Positions 1 to 13,250 of a stretch of 64,000 nt of DNA are shown here, piece after piece. The DNA comes from Squalus acanthias (Eukaryota), in assembly GCA_030390025.1 (NCBI GenBank), contig CM059448.1, forward strand, positions 16,802,001 to 16,866,000, given 5' to 3'. The notes under the pieces were generated by a model that saw nothing but the letters and a program-made list of their open reading frames with translations, was not told where the DNA came from and did not search any database. Every line of letters starts with the position of its first letter. Position 1 is the stretch's first letter. Made by a program: the position numbers and the translations under genes.

Positions 1-3000
1 CTTACTATAGCAAATTTTCTTGAATGGGTTCTACCATTTACATACCCTCCCTATGCAACTTCAAAGGTTGCAGGTTCAAACAGGAAGTTATGATTGCTGT
101 GCCAAATTTTGAAGGAGACACACAATATTTGTATGTTTGGGTTTAAGATTGGCTTGCATAACTTTTACATGACCACGCAAGACTTCAGATATTTCTCTGT
201 CGGATTAATAAGTCTACAGGTGACTCAAAGTATCCTCAAAAGTCATTCCAGAAATGTTGGCCTATATTGTACACTTTTTTGAATTACATACTTTGCAAGA
301 CGTGGGACTACATAGATTAGAGTTCTTAAATTCTACCTGTTTAATGAGAGTGAACTTTTTTTTATGGCATGAGATACGCACTCTTGAGAGCACAGAGTAA
401 ACTTTGAGCGCAGTGATTTAATGTTTGGAAAATTTGGCATTCTATAGTCTTGGCCGATACATCTCTCTTTGCTGTCTTTCATTGCTCCTGTTGCAGTTTG
501 TTGGAAGCTGGAGATTAATTTTGGCAATCCTAGAGTACTGTAGCTCCCCTCAACTTTAATAAAATTAGTGTTATGCTTGTAGTAGTCGCAGAGGTTGATC
601 TGTTCTTTAATTTTCACAGTTGGTGTTTCTGAGTGGTGTCGAGGGCATTAAATTATTGCACTAGCAGGGATAGTGATCTTTTGACATTGGAGTGGTAATT
701 TTAGTTGAGAAGTTCTTTTGAGGAGAAGGTGCTAGTTAAAATATCTGGGAAAGATATTTTGTGCAACTGAAAGATTTGTCGATTTTTGTTTAGTAATAGC
801 ACCTATTAACAAACTTTCCAGTGAACATTAGTAATGCAGCGGGAGCAGTGATCTTTTTCAAGACTGCATTCCGATTGCATTGAGGACTGCAATAGTGTTT
901 CTGCATCAAAATTAATTAGGTAACCAGATGGTTAAGTCGTCTTACCCTTGGATTCTGTAGCTTCCATTTTAAACCTTTGTCTTTGGAAACTAATATAATC
1001 TGTTGTGCAGAGTGTTTACAAAAGTTGTGATGAAAAGAAAAGCTGGAAAGTGAAGGGGAGATAATTTTGTGGGGCATAGAGCCTCTATAGTGGTGAATGT
1101 GGTAGTGGAGTTGGGCCCATTTACAGCCCTATGTTTTTGACCCACAGTCACCACTAGCAAGGCCCTATACCGAGATTCACACTTGGCAGAATTACCTCCT
1201 GAAGAAAAAGAACTGCAGGTCAACTAGCAAGAGAAAATGGTCAACATTTTAGCTGTGACACTTCATCATACAAAGGAACCTGCCTGAAAGCTACTTTTTC
1301 TCTTCAGATGCTGACTGACTTACTCTGTATTGCCAGCATATTCTGTTACTTTATAAAAGGTTAATTTGGGGTTGGTTTTTATAAAGGGTTAATTATGTAA
1401 TTTGAAAGCCAAAACCCTTCTAAGTACTCGAGGATTAACCTATAATGAGTCCCCATTATCACCTGTTGCATCATAATATGCTATTGATGCATTGTAGCTA
1501 GTTCTGCACTATAGAACAGGTGTATTCAAATGATAAAGCAAAACCCAGAAACATCTTTGACATAAAACTAAAAGGGATTGAAAGACCCTACTTATTAAGG
1601 ATATAGCTTACATAAATACAGAAGTCTACGTGTTTGTTTGATGACACAGTTAACATTTATCCTTTGGTCAAGTTCACCGATTGTGTTCATTTCAGGCATT
1701 TGTTCATTTCAGGCAATGCCACAAAGGTGGTGACGATAACAGAGGTCATTGTGACCATGACTAAGATGGTGACGTTTAATTGTATTGTGAAGTTACTTTG
1801 TGTTTTGCCACTTTGCATCTTTTCGGTTGTGAACGGGACAGTTTCGATACTCTAAACTGAACAATTTCAGGCCTTTCTTTGAGGATTAAAAAAAAATCTG
1901 TGCAGAAAATAATGTTTTGTGGACTGTTAATAACGGTTTTCCAACAATTGAAAGCAATGCCACATTTGTTGAGGCTTTTTAAAAGGTATTATTTTGCTGA
2001 AATATCTAATAGCTGAAGGTATATTGGATCATGTAACTTGAAGTTTCACTAGATTATTTTTGAAGACCGTAGGAAAAAATGTGTATGCTCTTGATTAAAA
2101 GTTTGTGTTCTCATCCACGCATTTGTCAAATAAAGTAGAGTGCAATAAAGCTATAGAATTCAACAGAGGAAAACAGTGCAGAATAGTTCTGTTTTCATTG
2201 AACAAAATAGAGCATTATATTGAAAGTTTATTTGTCTGTGTCTGTTTTTTAAAATTAGATAGTTTGGTAAGTTTAGTTGGAGTTTGAGATTGATTCTTAG
2301 ATTCTTTTGCCATGGCTTTATCAGAGTTTAAGAAAATGAGCACTACATCAGAGTATCTGCCTTAATTATCAACATAGTTTAATGTCATTTTTAGGAAAAT
2401 GCAGCTGTTAGTTTTTGGTTCCTTGATTAGAATAGCTATTTTTGTTTTTAATGTTGGAGCTAAAACAAACAAGACTGTTGGGAGCAATTGGGTGATGAAC
2501 AGGGCTAATCTGACTATCTCTCAGTTCATTTGAATACTCTACACTGACTATTTGGTAAGTGGTACTTTTTAAAAATTTGGCCAAAATTGATGATTATGGT
2601 GTCGCTGGACTGCTGCATGAACCTAAATAATGTGTCTTGTGGTTTGTTAGCTAACTTTGTGACTTGCAATGCAGAAAACGAAAAACTGCCCCAAGGCCAC
2701 CTGTCAAGAAGACCCACTGGTGGCGCTAGCACCACATTAACTCCGGCATAAAAGCAGCTATTATTTAGGCCATGAATCTTTAAACTTTTTTGTTGGCCTT
2801 TTGGATCTGTACTGTGGAGTATTGAAGGACATATATAAAGTTTAAATCCATGTTCCCATTAACTTGCATACACCTCAAATTGTTGATACTGACTGAACTT
2901 GCTGATCTGATTTAAAATTTATCCATAACTGATGGAACAATGCTGAAAACAGCCCTTTCCCAACCTACAGACCCACAAAATAAAAACATAAGCACAAATA

Positions 3001-3289
3001 GGACTCCGTTACCTGGGCTTTGAGGGCTGGGTTGCCAGGGATTGGGGGCTACGTTTGGCCTAGGATAATGGGTTGAACACTCTTGGTGTAGGTGCGCACA
3101 ATAAAGGCTTACTTGGTGCTGGAAAATTACTTTCACTGGTGGTCCTGTGTTCCATTGAGTCAGTGCCCTTAGTAGGAGGGGAAAAGTTGATTACAAAATA
3201 CATATTTTGTGCTTATTAAAAAGTTTGTTGAAAAACAAGTATTTTGCATGTTGATGGCATAACCAGGTTTCTGTTGGAGTAAAGTACAA

Positions 3290-3957
3290 ATACACAAATC
3301 ACTAAAAGTAGTGACACAGGTTAACAAGGCCATAAAAAAAAAAACAAGCACTAGGGTTTATTTCTAGATGGATACAATTGAAAAGTAGTGAAGTTATGCT
3401 AAACTTGTATTGAACCTTGGTTAGACCACATTTGGAGTACAGTGTACAATTCTGGTTGCTATATTATAAAAAGGATATAGAGGCACTGGAGAGGGTGCAG
3501 AGATTTACAAGGATGATACCAGAAATGTGAGGGTACAGCTATCAGGAAAAGATGAAAGGCTGGGTCTCTCTTTCTCTTGAAAGAGAGCTGAGGGGTGACC
3601 TAATAGAGGTATTTAAAATTATGAAAGGTTTTGATAGAGTAGATACAGAGAGTGTGTTTCCACTTGTGGGGAAGAGCATAACTAAGGGCCATCAATATAA
3701 GATAGTCACCAAGAAATCAAATGGGGAATTCAGAAGAAACTTCTTTACCCAGAGAGTGGTGAGAATGTGGAACTCGCTACCACAGGGAGTGGTTGAAGTG
3801 AATAGTATAGATGCATTTAAGGAATGGTTAGATAAGCATATGAGGGAGAAGAGAATAGAGGGTTATGCTGATAGAGTTAGATGAGGAATGACGGGAGGAG
3901 GCTCGAGCATGGACTGGTAGCGCCTAATGGCCTCATTCTGTGCTGTATATCCTATTT
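3290..3957 (+). mobile_element. CR1 LINE 3' fragment
   Basis: ORF 3552..3884 LRGDLIEVFKIMKGFD...FFTQRVVRMWNSLP is a typical CR1 ORF2 C-terminus; tail atcctatgtaa continues at 4229-4245. Confidence 0.9.
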
Positions 3958-4228
3958 TTAAATTCATTTACAGGATGTGGACTGCTCCGGCAAGGCCAGC
4001 ATTTATGCCCATCCCTAATTGCCCTCGAAGGTGGTGGTGAGCCGCCGCCTTGAATACAACTAAGTGGCTTGCTAGGCCACTTCAGAGGGCAATTAAGAGT
4101 CAACCACATTGCTGTGGGTCTGGAGTCACATATAGGCCAGACCGAGTAAGGACGGCAGATTTCCTTCCCTAAAGGACCTTCGTGAACCAGATGGGTTTTT
4201 ACCACAATCCGGTAGTTTCATGGTCACC
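3958..4228 (-). mobile_element. 5'-truncated SINE with a Zenon-like LINE-derived tail
   Basis: Tail matches 14490-14590; body matches the older copy at 53705-54030. Confidence 0.8.
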
Positions 4229-4589
4229 ATGTAATCCTATGTAAAGTGTCCCAAGACTTCGAATGCAGCATAACCTGGAAACTTTGGGAGCTAAGTTCTA
4301 GAAGCCAGATAACCACATAATGAAATAATTATGACATTTACTTTTCTTTAAAGGTTTTTAAAGTTTATAATCACTATGATGACTTTTAGTTTATTATGCT
4401 TTTCTTACGATTTTCATTACTTGGTAGTCTTTGAACACATTATGATTTTCTTTTGCGATGTTAATGTAAAGAAACACATTTGGACGTGAGTCTTTCTGGC
4501 AGTATAGTCCAACAAAGCCAATCTAGACTGAGTGCAAATCATGCAAAAAAGAGAAAAAGGTCATTGCCGTAAACAGTTCAGTTTCCTAT

Positions 4590-4785
4590 TTTTTTCACCT
4601 CGATGATCAAATGTTCTTCGGACCCCATGTTTTCTCCATCACAAAGACCACCTACTTCCACTTCCGTAACGTCACTTGTCTCCGGTGCTGCCTCAGCCCA
4701 TCTGCTGCCAAAATCCTCATCAGTGCCTGTGTCACCTCCAGACTTGACTATTCCAATGTTTTCCTGGCCAGCCCTTCATCCTCCA
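4590..4785 (+). mobile_element. L2 LINE internal fragment
   Basis: Translates YFHFRNV...ACVTSRLDYSN; homologous to 45960-46140. Confidence 0.8.
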
Positions 4786-6788
4786 CAGCGCTCCATAAAT
4801 TTTTGCCGTGCGTTTTTCACAGTTCAAGTGGACATAATAAAGGAATTTCACGTGTTCATTGTTACACTGGACTGTTACCCAAAAGTCATCTAAAACTCAC
4901 ATCAGTGTTTTGCATCTAATGGTTCAATGCTCGTATGATCTACAGTTTAAAAAGTTAGTGACTTGGAAAAGTTTGCTGCTGGTGATCAGTTTGTGTTTTA
5001 AACTGTTATTTTAGTTCCTGAATTGATTGATTTTTGTGATGAACCACATTAAGCTCTGTTACAAGGTAGAAAATTGGGTGCATCTCTTGCTTAATGTCAA
5101 TAGCCTCCTAGTTGTTTTCATTTGCATTCAGTACTGTACTGAGTAAAAGCAGCAATAAATTAATAGTTGTGTTCTCATACTGTCAGTCTTAAACCTATAT
5201 ACAAGCAGTAAGGTTGTGTGTGCCGGGTTCCTGCAGAACCTGGTACTGGTGCTGTGTGAACGTGTCTGACCAAATACTCGTCTTGTCACCCCACAGTCCT
5301 TCATGATGAATGGATGTGTTCTGTGATTTGATAGTTTTAGCATCATTGTGTGAGTATTATATAGAGCATGTTGCTACATTGCAATTGTGAGCAATAAAGA
5401 TCAAATGTAAAATGTTTTTGGATTACACTGTCTGCACAACCTGAATCAAATCAAGGTTGATAGGTATATCTGTGTTACTGTCCTGTAACTATTTACCTGT
5501 TCTAGAAAAGACTGCATGGTGCTTCAGTGTTCTAGGTTTGTGATTAATTTGACCAAGTGATAATGTTGCCAGCGTTGATTAGAGACTAGGATCTTCACAG
5601 CAGAGAAAGTCTTCCAGCATCTAGTAGCCTACTTGAAAGCAGTGGAACTTGGGGAACATATTGTTTGTCCATCCTCTTGGCCAGTGTATCATGCAAGATG
5701 TAGAAGAGATGAAAAGCAAAACTAGAGTTTTTTGAGGAGGCTGTCGGGCATGGCCTTCGAGAAAACTTTCATTTTTGACACCATATCGATATAGGGTGTT
5801 CACTTCCTGTCCACAAACTACTTCCTTGTACGATTTTTTGTCAGTGCTTCCTATTCAATTTTGCTATGTCAAATAATGCAGTTGCGGTCTCTGGGTACTG
5901 GGTACTAGTTGACTTCAGTGAGTTTCTGAAGCCTTTTGCATACATGAAAGATATATGACTGGACAATACCGAAGGCAATATTGGGATTTCTTGTGATGTT
6001 CTGTGAAGTTGGTGTAAGAGAATCTGAAAAGAAACAAACAAAAGAAATTTCCCCAAATGTGACAGAAACCTAATGTAAGCCTGTCTTAATTTCTCGCAGT
6101 TCTGCGCAGTCTGGATAAAATGGCTTAGTGGTCTAAAACCAGACTCTGGTTTGCCGTTTGCCTACACGACAACCTTCTGGTAAATCTCTGCTAATGCCAT
6201 TCTCAATTGTCTACAATGAGCTGTGTAACGGTATGACATGGGTTTCCATCCAGATCTGTTAAAGCTGCTTTATTTTTAATTTATTTATTTCTATTTCAGT
6301 TAGGTTCTATATGTACAAAGCAGTAAACTTAACAATTTTTTAGATTCTGCTTGAAGGTACTATGCACATTTTTCAATGTTGTTGAAAGTATGATTAACAG
6401 CATTGAGGTAACCAGTTCCAATAGTAGACAATGTTTAAAACAGAGTTAAATTGTTTGGATGATATAATGCCTTTCAGCAGGTGGTTAGAAAAACTGAAGT
6501 TGGTTCACTTGTGTAGTTTTAATTTATATTAAACATTTGTGTTAACTGCTGAATGCTGTATATTTCAACAGCTCTCCAAATACCTGCTGATTGAGGCTCA
6601 AAACACTATTTGATTATCGGAGCTGTAAGTGTAGTGAGAAAGTATCCCTCCAAGATTACAATCATGGGCAAATGTAGGAACTAGATATTTCACAACAAAA
6701 CTTGCTTTAGTGTTCTAATTTGACTAATGTAATGTGAAAATGTGTTATCACAGCTTGTATTTAATGGGTTGGCTAAACTTCAAATTGA

Positions 6789-6943
6789 GGGTTGATTCTA
6801 ATGTATGCTCAGCTGCTTTTAAGCTGTCATAGCTCATTCTGTTTCACTGGGATTCAGGGAACATAAATTACCGAGCAGCTCAAACGGAGCCATGCTGGTG
6901 GTTTCTGATTTTACTGATCAATAAAATCAGGAGAATCAACTCC
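6789..6943. mobile_element. Small MITE-like element
   Basis: Terminal inverted repeat gggttgattct...agaatcaactcc; internal hairpin ctgattttactgatcaataaaatcag. Confidence 0.5.
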
Positions 6944-7552
6944 AGTTCTGTCCATAAAGACATGTGGATGTTTCCCATCACCTGCCCTCAGAGCAGATGC
7001 TCCCACTTGCCCTTCTCAAGAAAACTCTTTGCTTCTCAGCCTCTCACCCAAGTTTGCCACTTTTAACTAAGGTTCTTACTTTTTCCCTCCCAACACCATA
7101 ATTGCTTGCTACAACTCTTCAATTTTTAAAAAAAAGCAACTGAACTTGTCAAAAGCCTTCAGCAAGTGCTGCAGGTTTTGCCTATGATGCATACATTTGT
7201 GTTTGGTTTTTTTGGAACCAGAAAATAGAATACTGAAAAAGCCCGTTCTTTATAAACTACTTTCTCTCTTGCTTGTGTTTGCAATGTACTTGGACTTCTG
7301 AAAAGGAAGCTAAGGTAACTTGCAGTGCAATCTTGATAACTGTAACTTACTTTATGAGTCGAGGTCAAATGAGAAAGATGTGATGGAATTCCTTCATGAA
7401 TCTGCTAAGGATTCCAAGAGTGTGTATTAAAAATCATATTGTAGTTGTGTTCAGAAATAAATGTGGAATATTCCAGGATTGCTTATTTATGAAATTTGAA
7501 GAACAGCCAATTCAAGTTGGGCTAAACTATAATGCTTCATTTACCTCTGTCA

Positions 7553-7875
7553 GCAACAACAGCTTACATTTATATAGCATCTTTATGCAGTAAAACATCC
7601 CAAGGCGCTTCACAGCAGTGTTATAAACAAAATTTGACACCGAGCCACATGAGATATTAGGACAGATGACCAAAAGCTTGGTCAAAGAGGTAGGTTTTAA
7701 GAAGTGTCTTAAAAGAGAGGTGAGGAGGTTTAGGGAGGAAATCCCAGAGCTTAGGACCGAGACAGCTGAAGGCACGGCCGCCACTGGTGGAGCGATGAAG
7801 ATCGGAATGCGCAAGAGGCCAGGATTGGAGAAGCGCAGAGCTCTCTGAAGGTTGTCGGGCTGGAGAAGGTTACAC
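7553..7875 (-). mobile_element. L2 LINE 3' end
   Basis: Reverse complement matches the L2 3' end at about 46320-46647, including the (CAA)n/tatataaatg tail. Confidence 0.85.
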
Positions 7876-8269
7876 TACAATTCATAGTTGGCATCTGACC
7901 AATCACCATGCGTTGCCTATTTCAGTATCTTTTAGCGACTTGATGGCCCTTATCTAAATGTGGCTTTACACTCGGTTTGGGGAGCCGGCCGTATTATGGG
8001 TCTACAAATTTCCTGTCTACAGTCGCCTGTTCCTGTAAAGTAAACATGGGAGCTGATTCTCATGTGAATTCAAGATTATCCTCAAATTAGTTCCTAAAGC
8101 CCCCTCTATTAGATGATGTGACATGCAGTGTCCCACTGGAAATGCTGTGAGGGTACCAACAGCTTTATTTTGTTTTTAAAAAGTAACCCCACATCTCTAC
8201 TAAATTGCTACCCCATGTATCTGTACAGCAACAATGCCCATGACACTGAATTCTCCAGTTAATAAATGT

Positions 8270-8832
8270 AGCGCCACACCTGGAGTACTGTGTACAGTTT
8301 TGGGCTCCTTGCCTAAGGAAGGGTGTGCTTGCCTTTGAGGGGGTGCAACAGAGGTTCACCAGAGTGATTCCTGGGATGAGAGGGCTGTCCTATGAGTAGA
8401 GATTGAGTAGAATAGGCCTATATTCTCTGGAGTTTCAAAGAATGAGAGGTGATCTCATTGAAACGTATAAAATTCTTAGAGGGCTTGACTGGGTAGATGC
8501 TGAAAGGTTGTTTCTCTTTGCTAGTAAGTCTAGAACTAGGGGACATAGTCTCAGGATAAGGGGACGGCTATTTAGGACTGAGATGAGAATAAATTTCTTC
8601 ACTGAAGGTTGTGAATCTTTGGAATTCTCTACCTCAGAGGGCTGTGGAGGCTCAGTCGTTGAGTATATTCAAGACAGAGATCGATATAGAGTTTTGGGCA
8701 CTAAAGGAATCGAGGGATATGGGGATAGGATGGGAAAGTGGAGATGAGGTAGAAGTTCAGCCATGATCTTATTGAATGGCGGAGCAGGCTCGAGGGGCCG
8801 TATGGACTACTACTCATTCTTATGTTCTTATA
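8270..8832 (+). mobile_element. CR1 LINE 3' fragment
   Basis: ORF 8403..8747 GLYSLEFQRMRGDLIETYKIL...TRGHSLRI; tail ttcttatgttcttat. Confidence 0.9.
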
Positions 8833-9072
8833 AACAGGAGAGTGGTGCTTGGAGATCACTTTACCCAGACTACAACGCAGTTGTCAAAATACATTGCACT
8901 TGACTGACTGCTGGCTTTTTGACGTCGAACAGTTGAGCCTAAATAAACCTTTTTAACAAAATATACTGGTACATCTTTTATGGTGCTTTTATTTTTGTAT
9001 TATCACTGATATTTTAGCATCCTCTCCCCTTTTGAACTTCCTTGCTTGTGCCTGCACAAGTAACAGAGCTGA

Positions 9073-9130
9073 AATAAAAACAGAAAATGCTGGAGATACT
9101 CAGCAGGTCAGGCAGCATCTGTGAAGAGCT
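9073..9130. mobile_element. Fragment of a common elasmobranch hairpin repeat (Penelope-like terminus)
   Basis: aaaacagaaaatgctggagatactcagcaggtcaggcagcatctgtg; related decayed copies at about 1230-1345, 32045-32190 and 32260-32365; family assignment from recall. Confidence 0.55.
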
Positions 9131-9914
9131 GTAACAGAGCTGATGTTTATTCTGCTTGCAGCAACCTGACCTCGCTGGAATCAATATAAACATTTCAAAT
9201 ACAAGCTATATTAAAACATTTAACTTTATATTATCGAACATGTGAACTACTTCTCTCGATTGTGATTTATCATGTCGGCCAGCTAATGGGTTGTATATCG
9301 TAACCCTTGGCTGCTTGACTATCTTTTATAAATAAGTATACCTTATGGCAGTGAAAAGTTGTTATAAAACTTACTGCTTTGCTTGTACACCAGTTATTTT
9401 TGGAGGCCCTCAAGTTCATCCATATAGTCATACTATTCCATTTCCATATAATATAATTTTGTTCTTGTACTAAGCTTTTGCATTTCATAAATTAGACCTA
9501 AAGATCTGAACTTATGGTATACTTTTTATTTAATCTGTTATCTCTATAAATTATGCTCTGTCATGATTTAGTATTTTCCTCTTGTGAAACTCCAAAAGTT
9601 ACAAATGTAATCTACCTCAAAGCTTAGACTTTTTTCTGTTTAATTGTTCACTGTTGGAAGCGAAAATTATTTATTTTAGTGTAAGTGATGGATACATGAA
9701 GACCTAATTAGGGAATAAATTTCAGAGTTGATTTACTTGCATTCGAGCTGTTTGCCGTGTTGTCCGTTATGTTATGATGACTAAAGCAAGTTGAATGTAG
9801 GGAAGAGTGAAAATTGTCAGGGTGAGCTTTCTGCCTCTGACCAATGCCCCCCCCCCCCCCACCCCCCAAGAAAAAATCAAGTAGAGAGTAGAAATTAAAT
9901 TGCTCTCCCATATA

Positions 9915-10261
9915 CAGGAAACTCTTTCGTATCCGGGACCGGGATGGTGCCGGTTGATTAAAAATTCCAGATAACAGAGAGGTATATCTACCGAGGCTAT
10001 TTTTAACAAACAAAAATTTTTTAAAAATCAAGAAATGTGCAGTATAATTGGGTACTCCCCTACAGAATGTTGTTAAATGGATGGTGGAAGATGCTTGATT
10101 AAGTACAGTAATGCCAGTTGAGGGTAATCCATAACTCTTTAATTACTTAACAGTAAAACAAAACTTATAAGCGACTGTATACTATAGTTTTCAGAGTATG
10201 AATTCTGCCGGTTATTAGAGAGTTCTGGATATTTAGGTGCCGTTTAAACGAGAGTTTCCTG
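9915..10261. mobile_element. Tc1/mariner-pogo (Tigger-like) MITE
   Basis: TA|CAGGAAACTCT...AGAGTTTCCTG|TA: perfect 11-bp TIR, TA target duplication, internal tgccggtt repeats. Confidence 0.75.
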
Positions 10262-11634
10262 TACTTTATGCAAAAGGGGCTACGGTGGTTAAAAACAATG
10301 AAGTTTAAAAATAAGGATAAGTTGTATTGGCTTTGTATAAGTTCACAAAGGTTGGGATTCTGTAAACTTGAATCTTCATAAGTTTAATGGAATTTGGAAG
10401 GTGCAGTTTGTTTAAACTGTCAAAAGTCCTATTTTGGAAATGGTAGGCTGACATTTGGAAAGGCTGTACTGCCAAGCATTAAGTTTGGGATTTTGTTTAT
10501 TAAAAATTGAGAATAAATCCATTCTTCATTCATGTCTCCTTTTGTTTGCTTCCTCCCCACAAAAGTAGTATTGCCCAGCTGAATGCACTGCTATGGTCAT
10601 GGATGAAAAATAATCAGTACTTCCCCCTTCCCCCCACTAAGTGCTAGAAAGGTGACTGAGAAAGCAGTCAGGATCTCTCTGACCTGTAGAAGCAGATCTC
10701 TAATCATAGTCGTTTAATTCCTGCCGTGAGACTTTCGAGTAAATGAACTGTCTTGCTTTGCTAAATGGAAAAGTATGTCATTCTAAATCCTCCAAATTAC
10801 AGTTGATGGTGTCACAATCAAGATTCACTGCTGAACACCCAAGTTCTTGCTGAGTTCCTCTGCATGCTTACTAGTTTCAAAGTGCTCATTAGCTTCTTCC
10901 ATACTGCCTACTAATTGTGGAAGAAATAAAAATTCTGTGCGTGCATACATTGTATAGCAGTACCAGTATAGCCTTGTGGAAAAATTTGCATGTTTTGATA
11001 TCCCATGGCAAGATTGCATAAGTACCTAAGATTTTTGTTTATATGTATTTTTAAAAAAAATATTAAGACATGAGTTTAAAATTTAGGGTCCCTGAAGTTT
11101 CAAATTTGGGGTGGAGGAATTTGCACAAATTTCTCACGGATACAAGGCCAGTGCAGGCACGATTTAAGAAATTTTCAGTGTAGATATCATGTACACTAGA
11201 GGAACCCTTGTTTATGTTACCGCTCTTCTTTCTCAAGTCTGTTGAAGCTCCCTAGCTTTTCAAAACTGAAGCGCAATATTGAAGGAAAAGGAAAATCTAG
11301 AGCACGCATTTCTTTGTTCAAAATGCTCTTCTATTTCTATAACATAATACAGCTAACCATCAATTTTCTCACCTGGCATGGAGATCTGCTAGGTTGGGTC
11401 TTTAAGCTGAAGCAGACTAGCAGTGATATCATTGTGGAGAGTCTTGAAGACCCTTGAAAGCAATGGGAGCTATTACTTTGGCCCAGTCTGCAGCTTCCTG
11501 ACCCAGAAAAGCATGCTTGCAACTCTGGAAAAACCTCTGTCTAAACCTACATTTGTCAGATGAGGAAATTGGGTTTTATTTTAAGAATAAAGCCTCTTTT
11601 GGTGATGGGATACTATTCTTAACCAAAAAGTACT

Positions 11635-12040
11635 TGCTTACTGCCTTTCCCAGCCAATGAAGTACTTTTGAAGTGTAGTCATTGTTGTAATGTAGGGAAA
11701 CGCAGCAGCCAAATTGTGCATGGTATCACAAGCAGCAACAAGATAATTAAAGAGATAAGCTATTTTAGTGATGTTTGTTGAGGCATTAAGTTTGACCAGA
11801 TCACAGGAGAGCTCCCCTGCTCCTATTTGAATCATGCCATTGAATCTTTTAAGTGGGAGAGCAGGCGAGACTTCGGTTTACTATCTCATCCAAAAGACAG
11901 CACCTCCGACAGTGCAGCACTCCCTCAGTACTGCACTGAAGTGTTGGCCTAAATTATGTGCTCAAGTCTCTGAAATGAGCCTTGAACCCACAACCTTCTG
12001 AATCAGAGGCGTTAATGCTACCACTGAGTCGAGGCTGACC
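11635..12040 (-). mobile_element. tRNA-headed Deu-domain SINE (SacSINE1/AmnSINE1-like)
   Basis: Minus-strand head with A/B-box-like ctcagtggtagc and gggttcaagg; body homologous to 36540-37265. Confidence 0.8.
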
Positions 12041-13250
12041 CCTACAAGTGTCTAATGAATTTTTTGCCTTTTATGGTAAAACCTGAGAATCAAATTCTAA
12101 CCACTGGCAAGTTAACAGAGAAAGTTTTATGGGCAAGGGAAGATACTGATATGGCCATAGCAATAATGCACAGGAATTCTTGCTGCGTCCACATAGAAGC
12201 AAACGTTCCAACAGATTGGCATTGTGGAAGGCACAGCATGTTATGCTAACCTAGGAATGGAATTGAATACGCAGTGTCTTCTAATCCTTCAGCCTGCAGC
12301 ATAGACTGAGGTTTCTTCCCAATTAACTAGTTTCAGTGTTGCTCTGCAGGATTTTGACAATCGGTTCCAAAGCTTGTGAATGGTGAAGAGTTTTCACAAT
12401 GCTGCTTGGGTTTTATCCATGTAGTTTAAATTTGCAAATCCCTTGTGTCACTGTGTACATAAGAGCTACATATGCAAAGTTACCATATTTTTAAACAACA
12501 ATTATGGCATTGACTACCGTTTTCTGATTTTTGGGTTTCATTTTTTTCCCCCTGAAAGCCCAGGACATTCATCTATATGCAAACCAATTCATTCTTTTTC
12601 AGGAAAAAATAAAAGTGTTTATAATCACACAATTTTGGGTTTTGTTATTTTTTAAGGAACAAATGAAGTAAACTCTTAGAGCTGTCTTTGGAGTGTAATG
12701 CCAAAAGGAGTTGATGTACTTGATTAACTGTATCTTCAATGCTTCCTGCCCAATGCAACTTCACTCCGCCATCTCTATGCAATGCAGGCTGCTGAAGGTG
12801 CCAGAACTGCCATTGGTGTGGAGATTTGAAATGTTTGTTTCTTGTTCCAAATGGGGAAAGCAATTGTGTGCATCACACCAGAACTGCAATATGCCAGTGG
12901 CGTGTTTGTTTTTTATCTGGGGAATAATTACCTGGCTTAACCCTAAAATCAGAATGCTTACATTTAATAAGTCTGTTTTTTTGTGCATCGATGTTATAAA
13001 GTACTTCATTAATTCTTGCAATTCTGCAAACTGAAAGGCACTGGTACTTGCTGTTAGTGATTGGCAGGAGGTGGGATAGATTTGCAGGTATCGCCAGGAC
13101 TGGCCATTGTGCATGAAAAATCATGGACTGCCTTCAACCCATGGTAGCATTTTTGTATGCAAACTTGCTCTGTTTTCAGTATGTAATGGAATGCATATAG
13201 CTTGAAGCTAAGGCATGTCCAAATCTCACCATATGTTTGTACCATATGAG

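Noticed and set aside
1684-1715. 15-nt direct repeat tgttcatttcaggca x2
   Set aside because: A simple local slippage duplication with only two units and no spacers; not CRISPR-like.
11960-12040. tRNA gene
   Set aside because: The A/B-box-like motifs are the head of a SINE that continues into a Deu core; no complete cloverleaf.
12645-12863. WHLQQPALHRDGG resembling the end of a GIY-YIG (Penelope) domain
   Set aside because: The match is too short and no other GIY-YIG or RT motifs lie nearby.
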